Origin: a candidate division TM6 bacterium GW2011_GWF2_32_72
Lineage (GTDB): Bacteria > Babelota > Babeliae > Babelales > GWF2-32-72
Direction of reading: 5' to 3'
DNA length: 64,000 nt
Assembly (NCBI GenBank): GCA_000989525.1
Contig: LBON01000006.1
Location: 7,914-71,913, forward strand
Notes under the pieces: model-generated
Told to the model about the DNA's origin: nothing
Databases searched by the model: none
The model's input: only the letters and a program-made list of their open reading frames with translations
Position numbers and translations under genes: made by a program
Shown: piece by piece, positions 35,528 through 43,941 of the stretch
Layout of the letters: every line of letters begins with the position of its first letter
How positions within the stretch are numbered: the first letter of the stretch is position 1

Positions 35528-35785
35528 AGAGCTTATACGAAAATTATTTAAAAGACTCGATTCTTCGACTGGCTCAGAATGACATCCGTTTTTCTTTTTA
35601 TTTCTAATTCAAGACTAAAATGTTAAAAATTTAATTTAATAATAATCACACAATTAAAGTCTACAAAACTAGAACAACGATAAAATATAAATTAATATGA
35701 CAGATGTCATCCTAAGCTAGTCGAAGGATCGAGTCCTTTTTTAATGTAAAAAAATCAATATTTTTTGAATTTTTGTATAAGTTCT
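35528..35785. mobile_element. MITE-like inverted-repeat element, copy 6 (full length)
   Basis: Left: agagcttatacgaaaattatttaaaagactcgattcttcgactggctcagaatgacatccgt. Right: gacagatgtcatcctaagctagtcgaaggatcgagtcc, then ttttttaatgtaaaaaaatcaatattttttgaatttttgtataagttct. The terminal gttct overlaps the TAG stop (35784-35786) of the convergent pfkB-family gene. Confidence 0.9.
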
Positions 35786-36980
35786 AAGATACAATAAATT
35801 TTTGTAATTTTGATTTATCTATATTTCTTGCTTTGTTTTCTAACTCTTTCCAAGTCAATAACCCTGTTTTTGCATCCTCAAAAGAAACAACAGAAGATGC
35901 ATTTATTGTGGCGTTTATTATGGAATCATCTACAGAAAGTCCCTTGCTCAAACATGCTACAAAGCATGAACCAAACGAGTCTCCAGCACCTAATGTGCTA
36001 GCAACTTTTTCAGGAACAATAGCTGGAAAAAAATATGTTATTTCTTTAGTTGCAACATATGCTCCTTCATGACCATTTGTAACCACTACAATTTTAGGGC
36101 CACAAGAAAGAACCTCTTTAAAAAATTGATGCAAATTAAACATAATATTTTTGTGATAAATAAAATTTTCAAAAAGTTCTGGTGTATATTTAGATCCCGA
36201 TTTATCTGCCGCATGAAGTTGTTTGACCGAATACGTTTTTGATTCAACTAAAGAGTGCATAAATATTTTTGCTTCATCATCATTCAAAATTAATATATCT
36301 ATATTTTCTAAAGATTTTTTTAATTGATCCACAGCCTGACTGTCTGTTCTTAATTGTCCTGCCCCTGGATTCATGGCAACATCAAGACCAGATTGTTTGG
36401 CAAGCTGTGTAATTGGTTGCAACTGTTTTGCAGAATCGCCACTTAAAGAAGTTAAATAAAGTAAATCGGCATTTTTAATTAGATCATTTGGTATATCAAC
36501 ACCTTCTAAAAAGGCATTTGCACCTCTATGAACAAAAACCGTTCTATCCCCACTTAATGACGGTATAATAAAAGAAAAACCTGTTTTTACACCATCTTTA
36601 ATACCTGCGTGAACATTAATACCTTCTTTTTCTAGCTCCTCTAAAATAAACTTTCCATCAGCATCATTGCCTATCTTAAAAATAGCACTTACTTCAAATC
36701 CAAGTCGTTTAAAAGATACAGCTGTATTTGTTGACCCTCCACCAGTGTAAACGCCAACATTTGGCATCGATATTTTTTTACCTTCTTCTAACAAAATATA
36801 AGACTTTTTTTCTGTTTTTGAACTTATCTCTAAATGTTCAATTTCATCATTTTTTACAAAAACATCCTTGGTTGCACTTCCAATAGTTACAACTTTTCTT
36901 GCTTTCATCTCTTCTCCTAAACATAAAAAGTTAGTTCCAAATAACACAGCCAAAGATAATAAAGAATTTGCCTTTTTCAT
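35784..36980 (-). CDS. PfkB-family carbohydrate/nucleoside kinase (ribokinase-like)
   Basis: ORF 398 aa. GGGSTNTAVSFKRLGFEV (PfkB signature 1 region) and TLGAGDSFGSCFVACL (signature 2, xxGAGD). Two candidate starts: 36980 (GGAGAGG SD, gives a signal-like MKKANSLLSLAVLFGTNFLCLG) and 36908 (AGGAGA SD, gives MKARKVVTIGSAT). Confidence 0.88.
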   Translation of the reverse strand: MKKANSLLSLAVLFGTNFLCLGEEMKARKVVTIGSATKDVFVKNDEIEHLEISSKTEKKSYILLEEGKKISMPNVGVYTGGGSTNTAVSFKRLGFEVSAIFKIGNDADGKFILEELEKEGINVHAGIKDGVKTGFSFIIPSLSGDRTVFVHRGANAFLEGVDIPNDLIKNADLLYLTSLSGDSAKQLQPITQLAKQSGLDVAMNPGAGQLRTDSQAVDQLKKSLENIDILILNDDEAKIFMHSLVESKTYSVKQLHAADKSGSKYTPELFENFIYHKNIMFNLHQFFKEVLSCGPKIVVVTNGHEGAYVATKEITYFFPAIVPEKVASTLGAGDSFGSCFVACLSKGLSVDDSIINATINASSVVSFEDAKTGLLTWKELENKARNIDKSKLQKFIVS

Positions 36981-37276
36981 ACACCCTCTCCTTTTTTAGC
37001 TTAATTTTAAAGTTTTACAGCAAAAATTAATGTATCTAAAAAAATTATTCAGGGGCAATGGTTTTAAAAAAATAAAATATCTGCCGCCCATTAAAATGCA
37101 TTGATTTTTATAAATATAAACAAATGAATCCCAACAGAAACATATTCACTTCATTATCAAACTATTTACAAATTTATAATACTTTGCCTATAGTTTTTTA
37201 CAGTTCTAATTTTTAAAAATTAAGCTCTCATATTACCAAAGTTATCAAACAACAAATAACCAAAAAAGGAATTTTT

Positions 37277-40200
37277 ATGAATCAAAAAACACCGTTTTTT
37301 TTTACTCTTATTCTTTGCTTAATTAGCACAACCATATTTACCTCAGTCGAGTTTGAAACAATTTTACCAATTACAATTCCAGGCCTAAATATTCCTGTAG
37401 AATTAGGGATTATGGGTGAAGTCAATATGGCAACCATTGGACTATATGTAGATGCAACCATATTAAAACCAAACAGTATAGAACCATTTAGCAATATTCC
37501 AGAACTAAACAACATCCCATATTTAAATAAAATTTCTATAGCCAAAATGCGACTACGTGCAAACACAGATTTAATGAAAACACTAATAAATGCTAAAAAA
37601 TTTCCCTTAGGATGTGAGTTTGAAATTTTAGGTGAAATAACAATACTAAATAAACCAGTAGAATGCTCATTAAGAATTATCCTTAATCAGAAACAAAAAA
37701 TTCAAAATTTAATTTTATATACAAATTTACCAACTGAAATCGAACTAGCTGAACTCGCACCAGATTTAAAAGGCACCCAAGTAGACAACTTAAAAATCAA
37801 GAATCTAGGCATAATAATAGCTATGGATAAATTCACACAAAATTTTCCGGATTTAAATCTAAATATACCATTTCAACAAGGCATTTCCCTTTTTGGCACA
37901 ATAGAATCTTTAAATTTAAAAACTTTAATTGAAGCCGATCTACCAAAAGAACTTAATAGCCTTAATGGTAAAAATGTTCTCTTCATGGTACGCAATTTCA
38001 ATTTCCCCATAGAAAACACTAAAAAAAATCAATCTAAAACTACAAATACATCATTTGATATTTATGGCACATCAAAAATAATGGAAATAGATACTCTTTC
38101 ACATTTTACATTCACTAACACCAAAGAAAAAAAAGAATCTAAAAATAAATTTACTGTTGAATATGAAGGTATAACAGACCTAAAAAACATCAAACCATTT
38201 GACTACATTCCAAATTTAAAAAATTTAAAAGCCGCTGTTCCAGATGATTTTAAAAACATAGAACTTCAATCCATTGGATTTGGAATGAGTTTAAGCGCTG
38301 CAGAAAAAATGTTATACATCACAGGCGTAACTCAACTTTACAATATCCAACAACGAGTTTCTTTTTTTACTGTCGTGAATGAATCAGGAAAATCTGGTGT
38401 AATTATTCAATCACAACTAAACATGAATAACCCTTCTCTTGCAGACATGCTCAAAACATTATCAAAACCAATTAAAGAAGAAATTCCACAAATTCCAAAT
38501 ATTTTATTTAATCAAATATTACAAAATAAACTGCTTCAAATGATTAAATGTTCCGCTGCAGGATTTTTTGTATCGACTGTTCCTTATAAATACAGTTTAA
38601 GTAAAACATATGGTATCACAACTTTTAAAACTCAAATTGGCGCACCTATTATTTCAATACCAGCTGGATTTACGCCCTACGGACGCATGAGCATTAATGG
38701 AGATATAAAAAATAACAAAGTATACGGTATAGATAATCTTGTAAAAAATGCCGAAACTGATGCATACTTTTTAACATCCTATGGCCTTTCAGAAAAAGAT
38801 TGGCGCTTTACGCTGCTATTAACAAGCGGGACACTCAAATTTAATATACCTATTTTAGAAATTTCTCCGGGACTATTAAAACTTGAATTAACATTGGAAC
38901 CTGCAATATCGGCTATCATGGGAGCCAATATTAAAATCGAAAAAGACAAACCCCCTCTATTATTTTCAGCACGGCTTGGTCTTGTTCCCGCCAAATTATT
39001 AGTTAACACCGCCCTTACCATGGAAGGTCAATGGAAAAATCCATTCGGCTTTGATTACTTAACATTCAATGATATAGCCGGTGAACTTGTTTGGGATATT
39101 TCAACCAAAGCATCGGCCGGAGCAACCGGTGAAGTTGCCGGAGATACTGTTTCTGCGGGTGCTTCTGCTGGATCAAGTGGAGCTGCAAGTTCAAGTTCGG
39201 CCCCCTCAAATTTAATTGGAGGGGGCTTTACATTTAATATTGAAGTAGGCAAAGAAAATGATTCTGTAAAGAAACATTTAATATGTGCCATAAGCGGTAT
39301 TAAATTTACAGAAAACATCCTCTTTTTACTTAAACAAATCGGATCTGTTGGCAAACAAGATTTAGATAAAATAAATGATACAATTATAAATTTAATACCT
39401 ATATTACAAACAAGCTGTGAATACTTTAAAAAAATAGTACCTCTACCACACCTTAAATTAGCTAAGGCTCAAGAACGATATTTAGCCTCAAGAGGCACTC
39501 CCCAAAATAGGCCACCAGTTAAAGACCGTTTTGGATCTACTACAATAGAAGCTAATCCTTCATTAATACTCAAACAAATGTTAAATGTATCTCTGCCTTC
39601 AATACCAAACACACTAACATTTGAACAAGCACTAACAAATATAAAAAACTTCGCTCTCAATGCAAAAGAAAAAGGTAATTCTTTAAATAAATGGATGCAA
39701 ACCCTACCTGATATGGAGCTTATTAATCCAGAATTTAGATATGCATTTGAAAATGTTCGAATAGGGGAAATTAATTTTGAACGAGGTATCACTGTTCGTG
39801 GTACTTTAAATATGCTTGGTAAAAAAGCTGGCAACAACCTGGTATTAGATTTAACAGGTATTACCAATGAACGATTTATTTCAAAACTTGATCTTGGAGC
39901 AATAATATCTCCTAACTTTAAAAATCAAATTACAATCGATGGTGCAGGATTAGATGGTAAATATGGAACTGCAGATGATGGCCCAGCAGAGGCTTTAAAT
40001 TTTAATATATCAAAACAAGGTTTAATTTATACAGGCAAAATATTAATAGCACCCCTTGAATGTTCAGCAGAATGTGAAGCGCGAGTCCTAAAAGATGAAT
40101 TATCATTTAAAGGAAAATTTAAACCATTTAATCTCTTTGATATTGATTTAGAAGTACAAGGAGCCAATCAAAATATTATAATTAATGGTGCATTGAAAGC

Positions 40201-40777
40201 AGATTTTATAAGTGCATTAACAACTAAAATCAATTCTGCACTAAATACACTAGGATTAAATGAATTAAAAAAATCCCTACCAAATAAAACAATATTTAGC
40301 ATAAAATCTGCAACATTTTACTACACATCAAGTATGGCCCAAAACAATCAAACACCACGAATATCGATTTCTATGAAGATTTTAGACTCAGAAAAATCAT
40401 TTGATATGAATTGCGATATAAGAAATCTAAATCTTTGTGCTGAAAAAGTTGGTTCTCAAATATACGAAACGCTAATAAACCAAGTAAAAAAAACAACAGA
40501 GCCAACTAAACCAATAAAACCTACTGAACCAAAAGAACCAGCTAAGCCAATAGAGCCTGCCAAGCCGACAGAACCAACTAAGCCAACAGAACCTAGTAAA
40601 CCAGCAGAGCCAACTAAACAAACAGAACCAACTAAACCAGAAGAACCCGCTAAACCGAAAGAACCAACTAAACCAACGGAACCCGCTAAGCCAGGAGAAC
40701 CGCCAAAACCAACAGAGCCAGTTAAGCCAACAGAGCCTAAAAAACCAGCGACTACTCCCAAAAAACAGACATTTTAA
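37277..40777 (+). CDS. Large secreted/envelope protein, paralog A (C-terminal KPxEPx repeats), unknown function
   Basis: ORF 1166 aa with N-terminal FFFTLILCLISTTIFTS. Collinear with ORF 51469-54819 (e.g. YGITTFKTQIGAP..TPYGRMSINGDIKNNKVYGIDNLV, ENPFGFDYLTFNDIAGELVWD, DGAGLDGKYGTADDGPAE). It has an internal G/A/S-rich loop. Antisense track ORFs inside it are spurious. Confidence 0.9.
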   Translation: MNQKTPFFFTLILCLISTTIFTSVEFETILPITIPGLNIPVELGIMGEVNMATIGLYVDATILKPNSIEPFSNIPELNNIPYLNKISIAKMRLRANTDLMKTLINAKKFPLGCEFEILGEITILNKPVECSLRIILNQKQKIQNLILYTNLPTEIELAELAPDLKGTQVDNLKIKNLGIIIAMDKFTQNFPDLNLNIPFQQGISLFGTIESLNLKTLIEADLPKELNSLNGKNVLFMVRNFNFPIENTKKNQSKTTNTSFDIYGTSKIMEIDTLSHFTFTNTKEKKESKNKFTVEYEGITDLKNIKPFDYIPNLKNLKAAVPDDFKNIELQSIGFGMSLSAAEKMLYITGVTQLYNIQQRVSFFTVVNESGKSGVIIQSQLNMNNPSLADMLKTLSKPIKEEIPQIPNILFNQILQNKLLQMIKCSAAGFFVSTVPYKYSLSKTYGITTFKTQIGAPIISIPAGFTPYGRMSINGDIKNNKVYGIDNLVKNAETDAYFLTSYGLSEKDWRFTLLLTSGTLKFNIPILEISPGLLKLELTLEPAISAIMGANIKIEKDKPPLLFSARLGLVPAKLLVNTALTMEGQWKNPFGFDYLTFNDIAGELVWDISTKASAGATGEVAGDTVSAGASAGSSGAASSSSAPSNLIGGGFTFNIEVGKENDSVKKHLICAISGIKFTENILFLLKQIGSVGKQDLDKINDTIINLIPILQTSCEYFKKIVPLPHLKLAKAQERYLASRGTPQNRPPVKDRFGSTTIEANPSLILKQMLNVSLPSIPNTLTFEQALTNIKNFALNAKEKGNSLNKWMQTLPDMELINPEFRYAFENVRIGEINFERGITVRGTLNMLGKKAGNNLVLDLTGITNERFISKLDLGAIISPNFKNQITIDGAGLDGKYGTADDGPAEALNFNISKQGLIYTGKILIAPLECSAECEARVLKDELSFKGKFKPFNLFDIDLEVQGANQNIIINGALKADFISALTTKINSALNTLGLNELKKSLPNKTIFSIKSATFYYTSSMAQNNQTPRISISMKILDSEKSFDMNCDIRNLNLCAEKVGSQIYETLINQVKKTTEPTKPIKPTEPKEPAKPIEPAKPTEPTKPTEPSKPAEPTKQTEPTKPEEPAKPKEPTKPTEPAKPGEPPKPTEPVKPTEPKKPATTPKKQTF
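40495..40750 (+). repeat. In-frame 18-nt (hexapeptide KPxEPx) tandem repeat at the 3' end of paralog A
   Basis: EPTKPIKPTEPKEPAKPIEPAKPTEPTKPTEPSKPAEPTKQTEPTKPEEPAKPKEPTKPTEPAKPGEPPKPTEPVKPTEPKKP. Locally GC-richer. Antisense track ORF 40456-40761 (GLVGSVG...) is an artefact of it. Confidence 0.9.
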
Positions 40778-40790
40778 CTTATAAATAATT

Positions 40791-40859
40791 AAACTATTGG
40801 TAAATTAAATTCCGCTTTTGAAATAATTGCAAAAGCGGAATTTAATTTACCAATAGTTT
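40791..40859. terminator. 30-bp perfect inverted repeat (probable bidirectional terminator) between convergent genes
   Basis: aaactattggtaaattaaattccgcttttg (40791-40820), loop aaataattg, caaaagcggaatttaatttaccaatagttt (40830-40859). It sits 13 nt after the stop at 40777 and 9 nt before the stop at 40869. Confidence 0.6.
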
Positions 40860-40868
40860 AAGATTCGA

Positions 40869-42065
40869 TCAAAAGTTTATATCGTACATTTGCAAAATTG
40901 GCATATAAATAGCCAACATCAAAATTAAAATTAATCCGCCTAATAACAACAAAAAACACGGCAAAAGCAAATTGGTTATCGTTTTTAAACCAGATTCTAG
41001 TTGTTGTTGATATCTAACACTTATCTTTAAAAGCTGAGCACCTAACTTTTCTGATTCCTCCCCCACTTTAACAGACAATAATAAACCACTGTCAAATAAA
41101 AACGGCGAAACAACAAGGGCCTGATATAAAGAATAACCCTCAATAATCATTGAGTTAATTCGAAGAATTTCTGATTTAAAAAAAGGGCTTTTAAGTGAAG
41201 TTAAAAATAAATTTAAAGCTTGAGAAATGGGAAGCCCTGTCACTAATAAAGATCCCAAAGAACTTGTAAATAAAACTACAAAATAATTTTTTAAAACTCT
41301 CCCCAAAAAAGGCAGCCTTAAGCACAATTTTTCAATAAAACAAACTACAAAATTAATGCGTAAAATAATAAAACATAACAAAAAAACAAAAATTAAACCG
41401 ATCCAAAAATAAACATTAACACCTTCGATCAAAAAATCACTTAAAGCAAAAACAATTTTACTTAAAAGTGGCAACTTGTCAGACGATTCACCTAACATTT
41501 GTTTAAACCTGGGTACAATAAAAATCAAAATAAGAAATACAATAAATATAAAAAAAATGGCAGAAATTATAGGCATAATAAACACGGATCTTAGCTGCCG
41601 CAAAAATTTATTCCCTATATTTTTATAATCACATAATTGACGCAATGCATCTGCAAGGCGCCCGGACTCATGTCCAGTTTTAACAAGCACAACAGAAACA
41701 TCATCAAATACGTCTTCATGCTTACCAAGAGCTGAACTCAATGCGCCACCCCTTTTGACAAAACAAAATAGATGAAGAACAACACCATGAAAAAATTTAT
41801 TTTTAATTTGCTGACTTAAAACATTTAAAGCATCTAATAAAAGAACACCAGAATCCAATAAAAAAGCCAGTTCAGAAAAAAAATCTAATTTAATTTGTTG
41901 ATTAATTTTTTTAAAACCGCGCCTTGAAAATATATATTCAAAATCTAATAACACAATTCCTTGATCTAGTAACATTTGATTTAAATCTTCTTCAGAATCT
42001 GCCATTAAAAAACCACCTAACTCGATCTCATTTGAGTCAACACCCTTCCAACTAAAATATGGCAT
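40869..42065 (-). CDS. pilC: GspF/PilC-family inner-membrane platform protein (type IV pilus / type II secretion)
   Basis: ORF 398 aa with two GspF-type repeats: ALSSALGKHEDVFDDVSVVLVKTGHESGRLADAL and SLYQALVVSPFLFDSGLLLSVKVGEESEKLGAQL. Three TM segments, and the C-terminus is typical of PilC. Confidence 0.85.
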   Translation of the reverse strand: MPYFSWKGVDSNEIELGGFLMADSEEDLNQMLLDQGIVLLDFEYIFSRRGFKKINQQIKLDFFSELAFLLDSGVLLLDALNVLSQQIKNKFFHGVVLHLFCFVKRGGALSSALGKHEDVFDDVSVVLVKTGHESGRLADALRQLCDYKNIGNKFLRQLRSVFIMPIISAIFFIFIVFLILIFIVPRFKQMLGESSDKLPLLSKIVFALSDFLIEGVNVYFWIGLIFVFLLCFIILRINFVVCFIEKLCLRLPFLGRVLKNYFVVLFTSSLGSLLVTGLPISQALNLFLTSLKSPFFKSEILRINSMIIEGYSLYQALVVSPFLFDSGLLLSVKVGEESEKLGAQLLKISVRYQQQLESGLKTITNLLLPCFLLLLGGLILILMLAIYMPILQMYDINF

Positions 42066-42081
42066 AAATTCTCCTCTTTTC

Positions 42082-42372
42082 TCACATTAAAAGACTTTTT
42101 TGTAGTTCTACCCCTAAAAGTTTTAAAACTTCCGCTTGCTCCAAATCTGTTTCAATTTTGATTCTTTTGTTCCGAACGATTTCCCCTGTCAAAATATCCA
42201 CATTTTTTTGCGGGACCCCCAAAAGTTTAGATATACCTTTTACAAGCTCTTTATTAGCCAAACCCTTCTCTGGAGCGCTCTTTAGAAAGCATTTCAACAG
42301 ACCTGCCTTGTCTACAACAAAACCAAATTTGCCCGAACTTGGTATAACTTTAACCTCAATAATTACAGCCAT
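42082..42372 (-). CDS. yggU: DUF167/YggU-family protein
   Basis: ORF 96 aa. VKVIPSSGKFGFV...LKSAPEKGLANKELVKGISKLLGVPQKNVDILTGEIVRNKRIKIE fits the YggU pattern (G-x-AN..L...L......V.I..G..SR.K.I). Confidence 0.8.
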   Translation of the reverse strand: MAVIIEVKVIPSSGKFGFVVDKAGLLKCFLKSAPEKGLANKELVKGISKLLGVPQKNVDILTGEIVRNKRIKIETDLEQAEVLKLLGVELQKSLLM

Positions 42373-42507
42373 ATATCATATCTTTCACTCAAAACAATAA
42401 ATATGAACCCTTAACAAACTCGAATAATAAGCCAATATACAAAATAACTTGCATAAAATTATATATATTTTATCCTTTTCCTATTGTTTGAAATCTAAAT
42501 TTGGTGT

Positions 42508-42599
42508 GGAGAGGTGGCTGAGTGGTCGAAAGCGCTTGCCTGCTAAGTGAGTATACTGGGAAACTAGTATCGAGGGTTCGAATCCCTTCCTCTCCACCA
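42508..42599 (+). tRNA. tRNA-Ser (anticodon GCU)
   Basis: Acceptor GGAGAGG/CCTCTCC, anticodon loop CTGCTAA, long variable arm, T loop TTCGAAT, encoded ACCA. Track ORF 42481-42684 (minus) is spurious. Confidence 0.92.
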
Positions 42600-42617
42600 T
42601 TTTTTTGGCAAATTTAT

Positions 42618-42694
42618 GCGCCCATAGCTCAATTGGATAGAGCGTTAGACTACGGATCTGAAGGTTTGAGGTTCGACTCCTCATGGGCGCACCA
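42618..42694 (+). tRNA. tRNA-Arg (anticodon ACG)
   Basis: Acceptor GCGCCCA/TGGGCGC, D arm GCTC/GAGC, anticodon loop CTACGGA, T arm TGAGG-TTCGACT-CCTCA, encoded ACCA. Confidence 0.93.
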
Positions 42695-42759
42695 ATGATT
42701 GGAATACTTGATTTTAAAGCAAACTCAAGCTAAAATTGCCAAATATAATTGAAATTATT

Positions 42760-42851
42760 GGAGAGATGGCTGAGCGGTCGAAAGCGACGGTCTTGAAAAC
42801 CGTAGTCCCGTGAAAGCGGGACCGTGGGTTCGAATCCCACTCTCTCCTCCA
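42760..42851 (+). tRNA. tRNA-Ser (anticodon UGA)
   Basis: Acceptor GGAGAGA/TCTCTCC, anticodon stem ACGGT/ACCGT with loop CTTGAAA, long variable arm GTCCCGTGAAAGCGGGAC, T loop TTCGAAT, encoded CCA. Confidence 0.92.
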
Positions 42852-42861
42852 TAAACTAAAA

Positions 42862-42890
42862 AGGTCTAGCAAAATGCTAGGCCTTTTTTA
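42862..42890 (+). terminator. Rho-independent terminator after the tRNA cluster
   Basis: aggtctagca / tgctaggcct stem (one G-U pair), followed by tttttt. Confidence 0.7.
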
Positions 42891-42938
42891 ATACCATTAA
42901 ATATTGCACATCAATCTTAAATTTGCTTAATATTTCGT

Positions 42939-43195
42939 AGAGCTTATACGAAAATTATTTAAAGGACTCGATCCTTCGACTAGCTCAGAATGACATCCGT
43001 CCTTATTTCATTTCTAACTCAATATTAAAAAATTAAAAATTTAATTTAACAACGAGCCCACAGTTTAAGCCTGCAAAGGTTAAATCCTCTCAATAAAATA
43101 TAAATTAATATGACGGATGTCATCCTAAGCTAGTCGAAGGATCGAGTCATTTTTGGTATTAAAAATAAATGTTTTTGAATTTTCATATAAGCTTA
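42939..43195. mobile_element. MITE-like inverted-repeat element, copy 7 (full length)
   Basis: Left: agagcttatacgaaaattatttaaaggactcgatccttcgactagctcagaatgacatccgtc. Right: gacggatgtcatcctaagctagtcgaaggatcgagtc (43112-43148), then ...gaattttcatataagctt. The track extension of the crcB ORF back to 43153 reads through this end. Confidence 0.9.
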
Positions 43196-43236
43196 TAGTT
43201 ATTGAATATCAATCATTAAAAATAATAGGAACAAAT

Positions 43237-43620
43237 ATGAATATCTTTAAATATCTAACCATAATTTTTATTGGTGGTGGAATTGGGGCCATATTAAGGG
43301 CATTATTAATGACAATTCTTATAAATAAAACACCCTTTTTCCCAAACACATTTATTATCAATATTGTTGGTTGTATATTTTTAGGTTTTTTATTTCAAAT
43401 GTTTCTTACAAATTCAAATATATCCCCGAGTTACCAAATATTCTTAACCACCGGTATACTTTCTGCATTTACAACATTCTCTACATTTTCTCTCGAACTC
43501 GTCACAATGTTAGAAACAGGCGCACAAATTTTAGCAATTTTTTATGCAATATCTTCTTTAATATTTGGAATTAGTGGAATTTTTTTAGGAAAGTTTTTAG
43601 GCAAAATATTATTTAGTTAA
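43237..43620 (+). CDS. crcB: Fluoride ion channel CrcB/FluC
   Basis: I chose the ATG at 43237 (MNIFKYLTIIFIGGGIGAILRA), 127 aa. It has the characteristic GGxxGAxxR and ILSAFTTFSTFS motifs and four TM segments. The stop is followed directly by MITE copy 8. Confidence 0.88.
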   Translation: MNIFKYLTIIFIGGGIGAILRALLMTILINKTPFFPNTFIINIVGCIFLGFLFQMFLTNSNISPSYQIFLTTGILSAFTTFSTFSLELVTMLETGAQILAIFYAISSLIFGISGIFLGKFLGKILFS

Positions 43621-43928
43621 TACGAAAATTATTAAAAGGACTCGATCCTTCGACTAACTCAGGATGAAATCCGTCATGTTAATTTATATTTATTAAGTTG
43701 CTCTAGCATCTGTAAATTTAAAATATAAAGCTGTTATTAAATTAATTCACCAAAACAGAATGTTTAACTTTTTAATATTGAGTTAAAAATAAAAATAAAG
43801 ACGGATTTCATCCTGAGCTAGTCGAAGGATCTCATTCTGAGTGAATCCGAACGCAGTAAGGATTTGTATCGAAGGACGAGTCCTTTTTTGATATTAAAAA
43901 CAAGTGTTTTTGATTTTTTATAAACTCT
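43621..43928. mobile_element. MITE-like inverted-repeat element, copy 8 (truncated outer left end, long composite right arm)
   Basis: tacgaaaattattaaaaggactcgatccttcgactaactcaggatgaaatccgtc starts one nt after the crcB TAA. Right arm: gacggatttcatcctgagctagtcgaaggatctcattctgagtgaatccgaacgcagtaaggatttgtatcgaaggacgagtcc (43800-43883), then ...tgattttttataaactct. Confidence 0.9.
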
Positions 43929-43941
43929 AAATTAACAAAAT

